Below are positions 17,603 through 18,931 of a DNA stretch of 18,931 nt, piece by piece. Under the pieces are notes generated by a model. It searched no databases and was not told the origin of the DNA. It was given only the letters and a program-made list of their open reading frames with translations. The first letter of the stretch is position 1, and every line of letters begins with the position of its first letter. The position numbers and the translations under genes were made by a program. The DNA lies in contig DASZXJ010000223.1 in NCBI GenBank assembly GCA_035545895.1, positions 1 to 18,931 of the forward strand, read 5' to 3'. Origin of the DNA: Tepidisphaeraceae bacterium (GTDB lineage Bacteria; Planctomycetota; Phycisphaerae; Tepidisphaerales; Tepidisphaeraceae).

Positions 17603-18931
17603 ATGGCGGACGAACCGAATGTGGTTTCTGGCATCGATTTCAAATCCACATTTCCGTTTACGCAGATCTTTCGAAGTTTCCGCATAGCGATTCATCCTTC
17701 GAAGATCGTCCTGGCGCTGGTGGCGATGGTTTTGATTTACATCGGCGGACGATTGCTCGATGGCATCTGGCCCGCCGACTACCTCGCCGTCCCCAACGAA
17801 ATCGGCATCTACCAGGCGACGCGCCCTGAAATGAACGCCTCACAGGCGTTTGCCACCCAGCGCGCCGACGTCCGCGCTGCCATCAAGGCGCGATATGCCA
17901 ACAAAAGCCTTGGCGAAATCAAGGATGAAATCCTCAAGCGACGAAACGATGAAGTGGAAGGCGCCAAAAACACTTTCAATCCTGACAATGTTGCAAACAC
18001 CGAAGACAAGGCCCGGCAGATTGAGCTGCGCGATAATGCCATCTCTGCCGCTTATGCCCGCGCGACCAGTGAGTGGAACGATGCCAGCGCCCTGGGCGGC
18101 ATCGGCCTGTTCCGCACGTTCTATCTTCAGCAGGTTTCCACCGGCCATCGCATTGTTGAACAGGCGTATGCGGGACAATGGTTCGGCGCCGGCGGCATGA
18201 TCGACCAGATCATGAGCTTCCTGATCATCGGGCCCGCCTGGGCCATGCGCCACCATCCGATCTATTTCACGCTGCTGGGTGTGTGGGCGCTGCTGGTCTG
18301 GTCCATCTTCGGCGGAGCGATTGCCCGCATCGCGGCTGTGCAGGTGGCGCGCGATGAAAAGATCTCCATTCGCCAGGCCTTGGGTTTCTCCACTGCCAAG
18401 TTCCTTTCGTTTGTTTCCGCGCCGATCATTCCGCTGGGGATCATTCTTTTCATTGGATTCGTGGTGTTTCTCGGCGGACTGCTCATCAATATTCCGTTCT
18501 TCGGACCGATCATTGCCGGTGTATTTTTCTTCCTCGCGCTGGCGGCTGGGTTTGTAATGACGCTGGTGCTGCTCGGTCTGCTTGGCGGATTTAATCTCAT
18601 GTACCCGACCATTGCAGTTGAAGGCTCGGATAGCTTCGACGCCATTTCACGCAGTTTCAGCTACCTGTTTGCCCGGCCCTGGCGGCTGGGTTTTTACACG
18701 ATCATCGCCGCCGCGTATGGCACGCTTTGCTATGTCTTCATGCGGTATTTCCTCAAGCTGCTGCTTGGGTTGACGCATTTGTTTGTCGGGCTTGGCGTAT
18801 TTGTTCGCGCCGACAGCATGCAGCCGCTTTGGCCGGTGATGTGGCCCAACCCGCTCACCGCGCCACAGCTCAGCTATCCGCTGGATCACCTCACCCTCAG
18901 CTACGGCCAGTACATGGGCGCATGGCTTATT
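17603..18931 (+). CDS. Polytopic integral membrane protein of unknown function, 5' partial (>443 aa, runs off the window). It is not in the supplied ORF track because it has no stop in the window.
   Basis: Manual translation from ATG 17603 gives 443 stop-free codons in ~60% GC DNA, with an in-frame TGA at 17591 upstream. Several hydrophobic helices, e.g. IVLALVAMVLIYIGG, IYFTLLGVWALLVWSIFGGAIA, IIPLGIILFIGFVVFLGGLLI and FFFLALAAGFVMTLVLLGLLGG. Confidence 0.7.
   Translation, partial: MADEPNVVSGIDFKSTFPFTQIFRSFRIAIHPSKIVLALVAMVLIYIGGRLLDGIWPADYLAVPNEIGIYQATRPEMNASQAFATQRADVRAAIKARYANKSLGEIKDEILKRRNDEVEGAKNTFNPDNVANTEDKARQIELRDNAISAAYARATSEWNDASALGGIGLFRTFYLQQVSTGHRIVEQAYAGQWFGAGGMIDQIMSFLIIGPAWAMRHHPIYFTLLGVWALLVWSIFGGAIARIAAVQVARDEKISIRQALGFSTAKFLSFVSAPIIPLGIILFIGFVVFLGGLLINIPFFGPIIAGVFFFLALAAGFVMTLVLLGLLGGFNLMYPTIAVEGSDSFDAISRSFSYLFARPWRLGFYTIIAAAYGTLCYVFMRYFLKLLLGLTHLFVGLGVFVRADSMQPLWPVMWPNPLTAPQLSYPLDHLTLSYGQYMGAWLI

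Overview
GC-rich (~58-60%) bacterial chromosomal segment. The gene content (fused ResB-CcsA, two divergent groEL copies) tentatively suggests a PVC-group or Planctomycete-like organism; this is inference, not a database result.

Left to right:
- 1-990: roughly 1 kb with no convincing coding potential. It carries a terminator-like hairpin and a block of TGACGAA direct repeats.
- 993-5223, minus strand: a BrnT/BrnA-type toxin-antitoxin pair that abuts the stop codon of an SPFH/band-7 gene. That gene is split by a +1 frameshift inside a C8 homopolymer. Upstream sit a second, intact SPFH paralog and a small zinc-ribbon membrane ORF.
- 5313-10128, plus strand: an orphan AMMECR1-domain gene, then a lipoprotein built from two tandem domains that is translationally coupled to a 1001-aa fused ResB-CcsA (CcsBA) cytochrome c biogenesis protein.
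- 10359-17545, plus strand: an atypical chaperone cluster, in order groEL1 (GGM tail, no groES) - low-GC islet - groES - groEL2 - dnaJ - grpE - fmdB-like zinc ribbon - yacG. The ~1 kb low-GC islet (46-52% GC) carries a translationally coupled hypothetical ORF plus an overlapping DUF4160/DUF2442 pair. No dnaK, hrcA or CIRCE element was found.
- 17603-18931: a polytopic membrane protein gene that runs off the right edge. It is absent from the supplied ORF track because it has no in-window stop.

Most long ORFs antisense to the real genes are GC-driven artefacts.
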